The notes: a model not told the origin generated them from the sequence alone. A DNA stretch of 64,000 bases from Blastocystis sp. subtype 4 (GCF_000743755.1 NW_014569536.1:1-64000), one strand, 5' to 3'. Positions 12,169-25,510 are shown, numbered from the stretch's first letter. Numbers and translations: made by a program.

Positions 12169-15100
12169 ATCGCAAGAGGGAACCCTTCCATTGTTCACGA
12201 CATGAATTGCAAAGATAACGGACACCAAATCTCTTCGATCCTTTCACCTTATATAAGCTAGCTCCACACTGTTCGCACTTCATGTCCCTTTCAACGTTAT
12301 TTCCATTTATGTTCGTTGATCTTTGATAGAAATCATGAAAATCGAGCTCTTTGCACTCTGATAACTACATTTCAAACTAATCCTCAGATATTACTTCAGC
12401 GACAATGTCCAGCAAAGTACGAAGAAGATAAGGGCTAGTTCCAATAAAATGAATTTGATAAGAACCATCTAGGTCCCGAAGAATGTGATATCCATCCAAT
12501 TCATTCCAGCCGACAATTAGATACAGTTTCCACTGACATTCCTTATTGTTAGAGTCCAATCGAATATCTACCATTTTCACTTGAATAAAGGATCTAATCA
12601 AATAGTTTCCATAATATAAACAACAGTCTGGACAAATAAAGGCTTGGCCAGGTATCTAAGTGACATGCATTTATCACAACTCACAGTATTAAATGACTCG
12701 TGATATTCTGTTATCCTGCATATACCGCATTTAGTAGTAGAACACTGACGAAGTAATGAAGGAAGAATATACATTGCCATCGTTGCCGCATCTTCAGAAT
12801 TGAGAGTCAATCTATCAATTCATTCTCCTTTTGATATCTACCTCTGATGGAACACTCGTTTCTTCTGAGACCAATAGGAATGACACTTTCCTTTCACTTT
12901 TCTTCTCGCAGCCTCAACATATTTGGACCACACCCACAATTGTTCTGTTTGTATCTGTTGGTGAAGACGTTTTGCTATCTCAGGTTTGCCTATTCATCAA
13001 ACAGAATCAAAGAAGAGACGATTATGCAATTCTAGAATACTGGCATTAATCATCCAAACCTCTTCGAAGATGGCAGAATTATCCCAGTTTTCGCAGATTT
13101 GAATAATCTGTGAACGAGTTGACGCTGAAATATGATGCAGATCAATTCGACTCAGATAACGAAAAACACTCTTCTTGAGTGAATTTGTGGAATCGACAAA
13201 AAAAGAACTATTGTCAAAGAACTGTTGAATTCGATTCATAATTAGCTTTCGAATCCGTGTTGGTTTATTCAAGCAGAGTAAGAGAAGTGACTGTTTCTTC
13301 TTAGATGAACGTTCTTTCAGTATAAGTGAGGAAGGGTGGGATTGTTGGGGGTTTGAATCAAGACACTGATCAGGGCCCAAATCCAACTGATCAGAAGCTG
13401 ATACAAGTTCTGTTTTTAATGATTGAAGATTGCTAGGCTGAGAAACTGGAGATGGAGAAGGTGATGAACCTGACATCAGAGGTTGAGAAGAAAGGGATGA
13501 GTCTGATTCTAAAGGCTGGGAAGAAGAAGAACAAGGAGAATCACTTGGAGACTCCAATTGGGGAGAAGGAACAGGATCCAAATCCTCCTTGACAGTGACC
13601 TTCACAGAGACTCGTTGCGATCGGTTCGCACTTGTATTGTTGGCTGCATGATGCACTTGCCATCGGGACCAGTCCAATCCAAGACAGTCACCATTCCTAA
13701 TACCATAGAAAGATGAATGGTCATTACAGAACCAAATGCAACCCTTGTCAGAAATATCCAGGATTTCTGTATTTGGATCCACACAAGCAGGATGACTCTG
13801 CTTGTGACATAAAGGCCAGCAACACTCAATGCAACGACCTTGCTTCTGACAATGACAACAAAGGGCATTAGGAACACCACTGTACCAATTAGATCCCAAC
13901 TTGAAATCCCATCCTGTGTGTACAAAGTTGAGTTTGTGATCCGAGGAATTCATTACAGTAGGAACATAATTGAATTGTGTTCCATCCACACACAGAGCAC
14001 ATTGAAAATGAGCCCAGCTTCCATTCGTAGCATACCCCAAATACCCCTGCTTTTGGCCACAGATACAACAGCACCCATGATCCATCTGAGGACAGTAGCA
14101 TTCGGGAGTCATAGAAGCGTCCACAGATGATACAAAATGGCTTGGTTCTTGCAGTAATGGATAAGGATTACTCAGTAGACATCGTCGACATACATAGTCT
14201 AGAAATGAAGAATTCCAAAAATAAGGACAGTTTATATCATTCTCACGGAAAAGTGGAAGCATAAATGAAACCTCTAGACAAGTCTCATGAACAAAAGAAT
14301 CACAGAGGAGACACTGCCATCCCTGCCCTCGACCATTTGAAACTAGGAGATAATTGAACACATGATAACGGTGGTGTGTGATATCAGAGGCGAATGTTGT
14401 AGTAGGAGAATGAGCAGAGTATCCACAAATGTCACAACGAGTCTTCGGAGGGGGAATAGGATGAGGAGAAAGGAGACGACTAGAAGCAGTGACAGAACGA
14501 CATTGGTTTCTTGAATACACATATGAAAGAGTTTGAGAACAAGAGTTCTACGTGAGAATAAGATATGAATCCTCACTTGTGTATGAAGAGGACAGAATGC
14601 AATTAACTTGGGTTGAATTCCTGAACTCACGTATTCATGTTCTTGCAACTGAATGGTGATATCACCACCAGAATACCAGAGACATGTAACATGAAATGAG
14701 AACTTGCAGCCTTGTTGACTACAATGACGAGTATTCCCTACTGGGAGCTTGCAGATACAGCACAATCCACCTGGAACAGGATCTACATGAAAGGATTTGA
14801 ACCATAGTCTACATTCACGATTGCCTGCGGTTTGTGTTGCTGGACAAGATGGGATGATAGCTTGGAATGAAAGGAGAATAAAATCAGTACATTTGTATTT
14901 AGCTTGATCTGATGGTGAGAGGATGTGTCTTAAAGCTTCTTCTTGTTCATTCAATGTGGGTTGGGCAAAACAATGAAAGGCTTGTAATACCTGAGGTACT
15001 TGGACAGTGTGAATTCCAGAACAGGCAAATAATGTCTTGTCTCCATAAGCCTCGTTATACGGAATCGAAACAGTTTGATATGACTGTTTCTCTATAGGAT

Positions 15101-17569
15101 TCGGAGACTCCAAGTCATAAGAACCTTCAACCACAGTGGTATCTCTCTTCTTAAACTGAACCAAAGTTTGTCGTAAAGGAACAACTGAAGAGACAGGAAC
15201 ACCTGCTAAAGAATCCACTGGATTTGTGGCACTGATTCGATATGTAACAAAAGAAGAAATGGTAGCTCCCATGTGAAATAAAGCACACCACAAATGGATA
15301 AATGAAGGTGGAGCCAAAGGATTCTCTGTTTCATTCTTACATCGGTATAGGTAACCAAACCGAACAGGACAAAACATGCAATGAAGAAGATTTGGATCAC
15401 CATCTTCCCGTAAAAACGAACAGGAATCACACACAAAAGGAGTGTTGGTTCCCTTGCGATGAACACATTTCACATGCACTTGTATAGAACAGTACTTACA
15501 GCGGATAACAGGATTATCCAATTCTTGTTCTCCATCACAATCTATTGTTCCTTCAGAACAATAACAAGCAAAACAGAAACAAGGGTGAAGGAAAGAACTC
15601 AAATCAGTTTGTTCTGTTGATAAACACAAAGGAACCCATGCTTCTGAATCCTGTGTTGCTGATTGCATTCTGAGAATGAGTTGTCTAAATGACGCATAGT
15701 TCTTATGTATAGCAATAAGAGGTGATAAGGAATTCAAGAGACGAATATTCCCAGCATCGTATTGATATAAGGACTGTAAGCAATGAATCTTACTGATATT
15801 CCTTTGGTAAAGAGATGAGAAAAGAACCTGATTATCATAAGATGACCCATCATCTTACCGTCAGATTGGATATTTCGAGAGAAATAGGAGCAAATATCTG
15901 AGAGGAAAATGGTGAAGAGACTGGATGATAGGAGAGAAGAAGTAATTGTTGACTCTGATAATCAAGCCAGAAGACTATCTCCATAGATATATCTCCTGAC
16001 ACCAATAATCTACTTGTGAGTCTCTCATACAATATAATACCGAATTTCACGTCCTTGTGACAATAATGGAGGCTTTTTCTGAACTGTAACAATTGGAGAA
16101 ACTTCGTTATCACTGGACAGAAATCGTAAAGAAGTCTCAAAGTAATGTTGTTCCATTGACTTCCAGAATTCAGAACAACTCAATTTTGTAGGTAGAATCG
16201 ATCCTGTGGTTCCTTCTTGACGAATAACTGAAGGAGATGTTCGAGCTCCCTGTTTCCATGGTCTTTGAGAGTCATCTGGATGTGTTCGTTTATAGGATCG
16301 TGTTACATAACGGACGTGATTCATTTGTTCCATTGAATTCACTCTGGCCATTGGCATAGGCTGTCTTTGAGGATCCAATCCTACTCCAGTACTAGATCCA
16401 GAAGTCAGATCATCCTCTTCAAATGTACTGTAACAGAGAGGAGCAGCCCAATCATAGTGAGAGAAATGGTGATGAGCTTCAATAAGAACCTTGGCAGCAG
16501 CAGAAGGAGTAAGATGAATTGAGACTATGAATTGTTCAATAGTACTCCTTTCTGCAGGAGGAAGCCGAATGTGAATGATAATGGATCGAGCTGCTGTTGC
16601 AATGTATGGAATGAGACCAGTTGAAGAAGCTGGAGATGATAGGAATTGATGGGGATTTAGTACATACGATATAATACAGTAGGGACTGATTCCATGAGCT
16701 ATTCATTAGAATAGACAGATAGAAATACAATAGAGACTATGAATATTAGAGTAACGAGGAAGAGAAAAGAGAAAAGGCAGATGCATCATGGGCTGATGTT
16801 TTTGACAAATCACTCCAATGGAATATTTACCATTCTATGAATGAAAGAATTATGAAAATCAAACAAAAGAGAGAGCAAAACGAAACCGAGAATAGCATTG
16901 ATAAACACAACGAGGATGGAATTTAGAATCACAATTGGAGAAATAGCAAGCAAAATAACTCCCATTTATCTGTTCTTTGCAGAAAGCACATTCAATTCCA
17001 GACACAGTGTCAATAACCCCACAATATCCATTGAAACTAGGAATCTTTTGAATGCTACCACTAATCATACTCATCCATTCAGTAACTGCAGGAATTGACA
17101 CTACATGATTACAAATATCAAATTGTACTTGTTAGTTGATGTGGCGTAATTGGAATAGAATGAAGAGAACTGGACTGCAATTGGTAATACATGAAACCAG
17201 GAGAATAGAGAGAGTACAACCGATCATCTACATAAAAACCACAATTATGATGGAGAATGAGACAAATTGTGTGAGCCCATCGATCGGGATCCACCTGAGT
17301 AAAAGCACCTTTGCGATTCTATGAGTCATTCACTCCAGAATAGAACTACAAAACTGCATATACAACAGACAGGGCCAAGAACATCGAGTTGGCATGGATA
17401 ACACATCCAAGGTAAAGAAGCCGTTACGATACCATAACAGAATTGGTGTACCATAATACCACACTTGGCACATATAAGCAACTTGTCACCTCCTGCTTCA
17501 GGATGTCGACAAATACTACGAGTGAACTTCATAAATATCTATTTACCAACAAAGATTAACCGCAGTCAT
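12169..17569 (-). CDS. Large multi-PHD/extended-PHD zinc-finger chromatin protein (BRPF/JADE/AF10-like cassettes); could be two genes
   Basis: Starts MTAVNLCC/ICRHPEAGGDKLLICAKCGIMVHQFCYG...WMCYPC; repeated PHD-PZP cassettes (CKYCSIQVHVKC, CSQQGCKFSFHVTC, WAHFQCA); ends with T + 4 nt + TGTTTGTT. Confidence 0.7.
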
Positions 17570-17920
17570 AGACTTGAAAACAGTAAAGTAACCACAAGAG
17601 AATTAAACTAGGATCACTTGTAAAACAAAACAACCTACCTCCAATCCTAGAACCAAATATAGAAATAATGGAACGAGTGAATTGCCTTTTACTTATGTAC
17701 TGAAATTATGGCTATCAATCACACTATTGAAACTAACCAAGATTTTAATGGTATCAAATTGTGAATTGATAGATAGGATAAACTAACTAAGAAAACCGCT
17801 TCTCTTGCTATTTTCACGTGATTCCCGTGTTCTGGATTAGAAGAATCAAATACATAATAGAAAGACTTTATTGTAAGGAATTGCTGATAAAATATGGTAC
17901 AAATGCAAAAACAAACAGTC

Positions 17921-18514
17921 TTACGAAAAACCCATTTGCTGTGATACAAATTGTGTAAACCGTTCTGGGTGTGCTTCTGGATATCTACATCATATTACCA
18001 GTGCACAACTTACTGTTTGAGAGATGCCGAAGGAAGCGACTTTAATGCTTCAATCACAGTAGCAGGAGTTGCCTTGATCAAGTAATGTCCTGACTCCATA
18101 GCATCAGCAATTTCATGTTGATGGTTTCCCATCAACTGCTCATTCACTACGGCTATTAATTGTTTCTTGTGTCTTAACGTTCCTAGAATTGTTCCTGCGC
18201 CTACAATAATAGTTCTAAGAGAAGACTCACCAGCATGGCCGATAACGACGTCAATAGCATCGAAATAGGGTTCCAAAGAATCACAGTAATCAAATGAAAC
18301 AATTGATATCTGGATTAAGAGTAGGAGAACAAACACCTACATTCAATTGTCTCAAAAACTCTTCAGAATACTTCCGTATCGATGAGCCATACTGAACGGT
18401 TATCCGGGAGTATCCTAAGGTTGATAGGGCTTCGGCAAAGGGTTTCGATGATATAACTTCAATCAAATCATCGAATCCAGTCGTTCCAACAGTGATCAAG
18501 ATGGATTTACCCAT
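17921..18514 (-). CDS. ALG13: UDP-GlcNAc transferase subunit ALG13
   Basis: MGKSILITVGTTGFDDLI, VQYG, IGHAG/AGTIL after removing a 30-nt intron, VVNEQLMGNHQHEIA. Confidence 0.92.
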
Positions 18515-18539
18515 GTTGGAAATCAATTGTGATTCTAGT

Positions 18540-20003
18540 ATGGATCAAATTGTGGAATCCTTTGGATTTCGACTCTCGTATGGTTGTACTTAGTCATCAA
18601 TCGTAGGGAGGATGGAGTTGCGTTGTTGAGGAAGGAAAACCCCTCATCCAAAGACGAAGCTATCAAATTTCTCCTAAATCGGAATATAAAAGAGTATGGA
18701 AGAGCAATCCTCCCTCCAAACCTGAATTCTGCCACAACAGTCCTAGAAGGAATATACTTACTTCAAGTGAGAGAAAGAATGATTGAAATTACGTTACAGG
18801 TAACTGTTGTGATAAATGTTGCTGCTCCCTCGATTAACCAAAATAGTAATATATTTCCTCGGCTATTGAAAATTCGACTTACTGATGGTGTTTCTACAGT
18901 ATCTGCCATTGAATATGAGTCCATTCAACAATTGAGGTCGGTCATATTTCTTTTTGTCATTGCTAGTCTGAATACTGTTCCTGGAACCAAAGTATTGATA
19001 ACGGATCCAGAGTTTTATAATGGCAGTATCCTTCTGCGTCCCCAACACATTAGGATTCTCGGTGGCGTTGTTCCAGAGCTTCATGAGGCGTGGAAAGCCC
19101 AAGAAATGATGGCCATGAAGAATCGCATCCGTTCCACCGTTCGTAATGCAGAGAGTCATCCTCCTAAGTTTGTGTCGTTTGAAGAATTTGTGAAGATGAA
19201 AAGACGAGGAATCACTCCATCCTACCAACAGTCGACAACCTCGGTATCTACACAATTAGAAGTCAAGAAGATTGAAGATCTCGACTTGACAGATATCCAA
19301 GGAAAGCGAAAGGAAGCATTAGCAGGAGTGGATGTGAAGGAAGCAGGGAAATGGGGCTCTAACAAACAAGTACTCTACAGTATCGTGATAATGATAATAG
19401 TCGGAATTGGCAAACAAGACAACAGAGTCTCGAACCAAACATCCTATGGAACAACCAAGGCATGCTGATAAACAACGAAGGCCCGCTTCTGTTGCTCCAG
19501 TGAAGATAGTTACGAAACGTAGTGCAAAGATTATTGATATGGACGTAAATGAGACAAGTCGAGGTAACGGTAATCGTTTTGGTTATTTGAAAGATTTGAG
19601 TTTTATGTTGAGTGAAGATAAGTCCATTTTCGCCTTATCTGCTGGGAATCAACTCTACGCATATTTGGTCGGTTCTCAGGTCATTGTTGGCTATTCACTT
19701 GATCTGTAGTTAGATCAAGAATCGTTCCAAGAAGTCAAGAATACTCTTTTAGGAGAGACCTATGAATTTGGAATTGCAAATGAAAATGGATCAGATAAGA
19801 TTGTACGTTTTTGGCAAGAAATGAATGTCTAGGTAACAATTGAAGGAGACTTCATTATCCCTCCAGAGGATTTTGAGGTTCCAAAAGAGGAAACAAAAGT
19901 CCATCATGCGTTTTTCAAAAGAGGACCACGTGGGAGAGGAAGACAATCAAGAGGAATGCGTGGAAGAGGACGAAGGCCCCTAGCATCTCGAAAGAAAACC
20001 TAG
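18540..20003 (+). CDS. TDRD3/RMI1 N-terminal OB-fold protein with RG-rich tail
   Basis: RLLKIRLTDG...AIEYESIQQL/SLNTVPGTKVLI...LLRPQHIRILGGVVPELHEAW; PPKFVSF; C-terminal RGMRGRGR. Confidence 0.75.
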
Positions 20004-20124
20004 TGCTGTTTGTTTGATATGAAATTATCCCTTGAGATACAAACTTGAAACCGATTCAACGTAACAGGGCGTTTCATTCAATTGGTGTGGTAAGCCACTC
20101 AATTTGCTCCTTCGTACCATATCT

Positions 20125-23100
20125 ATGATGATCTTTCTGATTATATTCCTTCTTTGTGGTGTAACTAGTAATGAGTTGAAGAATGAACGGCTGTTTTTCT
20201 ATCAGTCAAGTCATGGAGACTGGCATGCCAATCGGGGAGATTCTATTCTATCTGTAGTTAATAGCAACAATTATACAATGCAACACGGTTATGCGAATGC
20301 TGTTTTTGAAATGAGGGATTATGACATTGTTCTTCATCAGTATTCGTTTTTATCAAATCCAGATGAGGATGTTATGAGCACTAAGTTGATGAGTGACTCA
20401 TTCAATAACTGTCCTTTGTTTGGAAAGAAAGTAGTTGTCGCAGTCTATCGTGTACAACATCGTAACGATGTAGAGGGTTGCGCATCGGTAGATACTGCAT
20501 TTCGCTATCTTCAGTATCTTGATAGTCATCTTCGTCTGATCTCAGCCGGTCGTATTCGGATGGATTTGGAAACATCCGTCATTTCCAATATCTGTTGTCC
20601 TTGTTCGGAGAGTGAATGTTATGGACCCAACCAGTATGGGAACTTCATGAACAAAGTGATGGAGGCTTGCAAACCCCTGGATACCCGACTTGATATGCCT
20701 GTTATGACTCGGTTGTTTTTAAATGATGGCTTTGGTGGTTTTGCTGGTTTAGCCAGTTTAGGTTGGATTCATAGTTTCACCAATTTTGGGAATTACTGGG
20801 CCATCAATAATGTGAATAATGATCCAGATGAAGCCTGGAAATGGGATTATAATTTGAGTGTCATTGTTCATGAATTCGGACACACAATGGGATTTGGACA
20901 TGCATCTTCTTCTGATCTTAGTACTATTGGTTTCTTAAAGGATTTTGTGAGTCCTGATAATTATGGTGATGGAGGGAGTGTGATGGGAGGTGGATCGAGT
21001 TGGGACACAATTGCTGGCCCAACTCATTACTACTATCGAATGAGTGTGGAATCGGTTGAACCCTTCTGGTTTAAGTTGGCCTCTGAACAGTCGCGAACAC
21101 GAATTCGGCTATTTGCTTGGGATCATCCATATTCCAGACCATTCTTGGGTATCGAGAGTGCTTCACATGCTGATTCCGATATGATTTCTGGAATTCCATT
21201 TTCCAATAACACCTTAGCTTTTGAGTTCCCTTGGACACAATCCACAGTCTGTTCGACTGTTAGTTCGGATGTGTCTTTTGGCTCCTTCTTCCTCGAGTAT
21301 CGAAGTAAGAAGGGTAAGCAGAATGGAGCTGGAAACCGTGGTGTACGAGTGATTCAAGGACGTGTGGAGAAGTCAGGGTTTGATCATACTCGACAGACAA
21401 TGTTGAGTGCGAATACGGATGGTTTGAATGTGTGGGCAGATAGTGTGATTCCAGCAGGAGTACTCTGGGTGCCAGAACAGGCAGATGTTGGTACAATTGG
21501 AGTTCGAATTACCAAGATTCATTCAGTATCAGATACAGTAGAGGAGAGTCAATTGGATGATCCTGTTCAACCATTAGATTCGATTCCATTTGTGGAATTG
21601 GAAGTCTCATATGCCCCAGGGATTCGATACATTCCTCCTTTGCATCCAGATCCGCTTCCTCGATTCATGGTATCACCCAATTTGTATCACTGTGTGACAG
21701 ATGAAGTGAATCGAGCCTTCACTTGTGAACTTGTTGGAGTGAATCATTTCTGGGTCTATTTGAAACCTTATGCCCATCGTGGTCATCCTCGTGTCTTCTC
21801 GCTTGATGGTAGCACTTATCTGGACTCTGCCGCTGCAGCTGTGGTCTCTTTCCCATCACGAGATCGTTCATCATTCCAATTCCGATATGGTGACTACACA
21901 CGACATCAGTGGATTGTAACCGTCACCAGAGCCAATTCACCTGGAGCTGGTCATAACTGGCTGAATGCGAGACTCTTCAAACGAGATATCTCAGAATCAG
22001 ACGATCAATTTGAACTAGTTGGATCCGGTTCTGTTTTTATTGCCAATGGAATCACAGGCGAGACCATTGAACTCGTTGATTTGTTTGGCTATCATGAACC
22101 AATTTCACTACCAAACGGTCGAAACTCAGTTTTATTCCTTCAGTCGTCTCATTCTCTTCCTGGATATTATGAAGCATTTATTCAGGGGAGAAATGGAGAG
22201 AATATGGTGTATTCTCAACGACTTGTGAATATGGTAATTACTCTTACAGAACCGCGGGTAGGAGTTTCATTATTGAATAGTGAAACAATTGCTTTGTCAT
22301 CTGTTGAGATCCCAACGTCTCATTATACTCTTCCTACATTCTATAAGGCAAAAACCTTAGAAACGAATGAATGGTTGAATTTGATGCTGACAGAATGGAC
22401 ATTTGGTGACTATTTGTTAATTGATTTTGAAGACGCTCTTCCTCGTGATCTAACATTGATAATGGATACTGATAATGGAATTATATCATTGTCGTTGCGC
22501 CGATTAGCAACTCTTTCTCATATCTCTCTGAAACTGTCATATAAGCAGATGATTGACTTGGGTAGTTTCGATGGAATGATTCATCGAATCCAATTTAATA
22601 AGAGAGTTTCATTGTTAAGTGTACGTGTGATTCTGAAGAGTAATCCAGGTAATATTCAGTTCACACAGCAAAAAGGTCAAGATTTCTACAATATCGGAAG
22701 TACACGATTTAAAGGAGAGTATGATGGTTTCACCGGATTTGAGGCACATGAGTATGAATGTGAGTTTAATGGAAAGAAGTATACATTGAATGCTGATCGT
22801 GGTGATGAGTATGTTATAGGAATGAGAGATGTATCTCCTCTTCATACCTGGCAAAGGGTTTTGATTGGGATTGGAATTGGATTCTGTGTTCTTATTGTGA
22901 TTGGGGTTCTATGGATGTGTGTTGTATGTTGTGGGAAGCGAAAAAGAAAGCAATTGGAAGTATCCAAGGCTCCAGTGAGAAAAGCCACATTGAATCCTTC
23001 ATCTCCTAAGCAGAAGCCCATACCACCAAAGCCGGTGTCACCTCAACTCAAGCCATCTTCACCGAAGCAGGTGCCTTCGAAACCGTCCTCTCCTCAACTC

Positions 23101-23340
23101 AAGCCATCCTCACCAAAATCTCTTCCTTCGAAACCATCCTCACCAAAACCTCTTCCTTCGAAACCATCCTCTCCTCAGCTTAAACCATCCTCACCAAAAC
23201 CTCTTCCTCCCAAGCCATCCTCTCCTCAACAAGTTCCTTCTAAATCCCAATTCACTCCTTCTCCAATTCCTTCACTTCCTCCTAAACCTTCCAAAACATC
23301 AAAGTTACCGGGTCCTCCTCCTGGCTCATGGAAAATGTAA
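20125..23340 (+). CDS. Type-I membrane metzincin metallopeptidase (M11/gametolysin-like) with Pro/Ser-rich cytoplasmic tail; intronless
   Basis: Signal peptide; VHEFGHTMGFGHAS; YGDGGSVMG Met-turn; TM segment VLIGIGIGFCVLIVIGVLWM; KPSSP repeats. Confidence 0.85.
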   Translation: MMIFLIIFLLCGVTSNELKNERLFFYQSSHGDWHANRGDSILSVVNSNNYTMQHGYANAVFEMRDYDIVLHQYSFLSNPDEDVMSTKLMSDSFNNCPLFGKKVVVAVYRVQHRNDVEGCASVDTAFRYLQYLDSHLRLISAGRIRMDLETSVISNICCPCSESECYGPNQYGNFMNKVMEACKPLDTRLDMPVMTRLFLNDGFGGFAGLASLGWIHSFTNFGNYWAINNVNNDPDEAWKWDYNLSVIVHEFGHTMGFGHASSSDLSTIGFLKDFVSPDNYGDGGSVMGGGSSWDTIAGPTHYYYRMSVESVEPFWFKLASEQSRTRIRLFAWDHPYSRPFLGIESASHADSDMISGIPFSNNTLAFEFPWTQSTVCSTVSSDVSFGSFFLEYRSKKGKQNGAGNRGVRVIQGRVEKSGFDHTRQTMLSANTDGLNVWADSVIPAGVLWVPEQADVGTIGVRITKIHSVSDTVEESQLDDPVQPLDSIPFVELEVSYAPGIRYIPPLHPDPLPRFMVSPNLYHCVTDEVNRAFTCELVGVNHFWVYLKPYAHRGHPRVFSLDGSTYLDSAAAAVVSFPSRDRSSFQFRYGDYTRHQWIVTVTRANSPGAGHNWLNARLFKRDISESDDQFELVGSGSVFIANGITGETIELVDLFGYHEPISLPNGRNSVLFLQSSHSLPGYYEAFIQGRNGENMVYSQRLVNMVITLTEPRVGVSLLNSETIALSSVEIPTSHYTLPTFYKAKTLETNEWLNLMLTEWTFGDYLLIDFEDALPRDLTLIMDTDNGIISLSLRRLATLSHISLKLSYKQMIDLGSFDGMIHRIQFNKRVSLLSVRVILKSNPGNIQFTQQKGQDFYNIGSTRFKGEYDGFTGFEAHEYECEFNGKKYTLNADRGDEYVIGMRDVSPLHTWQRVLIGIGIGFCVLIVIGVLWMCVVCCGKRKRKQLEVSKAPVRKATLNPSSPKQKPIPPKPVSPQLKPSSPKQVPSKPSSPQLKPSSPKSLPSKPSSPKPLPSKPSSPQLKPSSPKPLPPKPSSPQQVPSKSQFTPSPIPSLPPKPSKTSKLPGPPPGSWKM
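22993..23240 (+). repeat. Coding tandem repeat of KPSSP(K/Q)xxxx units
   Basis: About 9 imperfect copies of aa(a/g)cc(a/g)tcctc(a/t)cc encoding PSSPK/PSSPQ. Confidence 0.85.
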
Positions 23341-23367
23341 CACTAAGGGTAATAAGTCTGTTTCTTA

Positions 23368-23375
23368 AACAAACA
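23368..23375 (-). terminator. TGTTTGTT polyadenylation-site motif (PUS7)
   Basis: 4 nt after the in-frame T at 23380. Confidence 0.85.
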
Positions 23376-23379
23376 GGAG

Positions 23380-25396
23380 AGTTACCACCACTCATTTCGC
23401 GCAACATTGTTGTAGCATACACACCTCGTGGTAACATAAATCCCAACTGCACACCTTCTTCTTTAACACAACATGTCAACTCCTTTGGCTTAGCTACAAT
23501 CCTTCGATACGAACCATAGAGAATAAACTACACATGATTATATCTCTTCATATCTACAGGATTCTCTTCATTTCGTAAGTCTTTCATTTGCTTCCCTAGT
23601 AATCGTTCTAACCACATATCATAGTAATCACCCACTTCATTCTCAGGTAATTCTACTGTTGTTCTACTGTAAAACTTCTCTTCCAAAAACTACCCAAGTA
23701 ATGGCAATACCACATTTTCAATTGAATCTGGAGTTGATGATACAATCACTTCATTCTCATGTTGTACTAAATCTCCAGGAATAATGGCATTGTTATACTT
23801 CTGAATTCGCCATTGTAGTATCACATTAAATAGATACGATTGAAATGACTTGACAAAAAAAGTCCCCATTTCCGTAGGTAACTCCTTTAAGACATCCAAA
23901 CATCGCTTTCTCTCATCTTCAGTCAGATTCTCCTTCTTTACAAGATCTTCACAGCCATATCGACGCAATCCCTATATGACAAGTCATTCTTATCAATCAC
24001 TCTCATGACTCGAAGCAATACATGAGATGATGCTGGAAGCATTCTTGCACTTGACTTTGCATCGCCTGTCTCCTGGAAATGGGTCAGAGCGGAATATTCA
24101 CTCTTTCAATTATCCTTAGCAAATCAGATCCTACTGCAACGACTTGACTCGGAGTAAGTAAACACTGGAGGGCCTTTTGCCAATCACCTTTGACTAATAA
24201 CTGACCGATTTTGACATTTGTCATTTCTGTAGCAGAATCTCCTCCAAATCGTTGATTTCCAAAATAGTTCACAAATCCGTCCTGTTCCAGACTGGGAATG
24301 ATTCTCTCGATTTCATTCGATGGAACCGTAACCTGTCGAAGAGTGAGAAGAAATCGATTGCCCCATAGACGACCAATTTCTAAAGGGGATTTCACATACT
24401 TCAGTCCACCAATCTTGATTCCAGGCAATTCCTCAGCTGCTTTCAACAACCGATCAGGAGAAACACCCGATACAGTTCCAAACTGGTATGTAACTGCCTT
24501 CTTATCTTTGATTCCCGCAAATCCGAGTGCTCGTTCCGAAATCCCCAAAATCTCGGCCAAACGAATCCTTAGTCCCATCAATTCAGTATTGGTCTTTTTC
24601 AAGGTGAACTGAAGAATCAAAGGAATGTTCCTCCGTTTAGAGGGAGTTTGGAGGGATTTGGCATTTCGTTTCCTATTCGGATATATTGTTAAAATAATCT
24701 TGTTTTGAGATGTAGAGGTACGCACAAATGGATACTTTTGCTTGAAAAAGAGATGGAAGGAGCGGCGAGCATCCTTATCTTCCATAGCAGGTAAGGAAAA
24801 CGTATGAGAAGACTCAGATTTGTCAATTCGCGAAGTAACTATGAAAGAGAGAATCTTCATTGCCGTCTCTACTCCGACCATGTCTGTTAGTGAATCCACA
24901 TGATCATTCCGAGAGAGTTGAATCGATCCTGCTCGACTCCGAATTGAAATATGAGGATTGGTTAACTAATCCTCAAAAATGGCTTATATGAATACGCTAA
25001 GTTCTTCTAACACTTCAGGAGCAAGCTTCTTGTTATCAGGAATCGGCAGTGTTAACACATCCTTAAATCCATAACTCTTTGCTTTCTCCACAAAGATACC
25101 AATTTCTGCCTTCATATGATCGTCACAGATATAAAAACCAGAAGGGTGATTCTCTAGGACCTTTGGAGTCACATCTAAAACCGTTTCTAACTCTTCTTTT
25201 GGAGGATCAGGAATTGTCTGATCGCATTCACCGGCTTCTTCCAGATCCTCTGCAATCTCATGAACAATGAAATCTTCTGGTCTGATCATGACAATAGAAT
25301 GAATTAATACAAGTCCTTTATCGAATACGTGAATGGAGGATACGAATGGATAAAAGAAGAAGAGTTATAGACTATTTCGGAGATAAAATCTTCCAT
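23380..25396 (-). CDS. PUS7: TruD-family pseudouridine synthase (PUS7)
   Basis: RPEDFIVHEI, GFAGIKDKKAVTYQ, LWGNRF, GFVNYFGNQRFG, SFQSYLFN, FMLPRGVYATTMLRE; stop predicted to come from poly(A). Confidence 0.92.
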
Positions 25397-25510
25397 TCTT
25401 GGGTACTTGACTGATTACACCTAAAGGAAAGATTTCTGACATAAACTTGAATAGTTATCAAATCCCCGTGGTTTCGTTTATTCGGTTGATACTTCACTTC
25501 TTTTCTTTTT

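Noticed and set aside
17676..17700. TGCCTTTTAC resembling U5 snRNA loop 1
   Set aside because: The flanks do not form the U5 stem around the loop, and no convincing Sm site or 3' stem follows.
22993..23240. Regularly spaced repeats as a possible CRISPR array or satellite
   Set aside because: They are in-frame coding repeats with synonymous variation, in a eukaryotic context with no cas genes.
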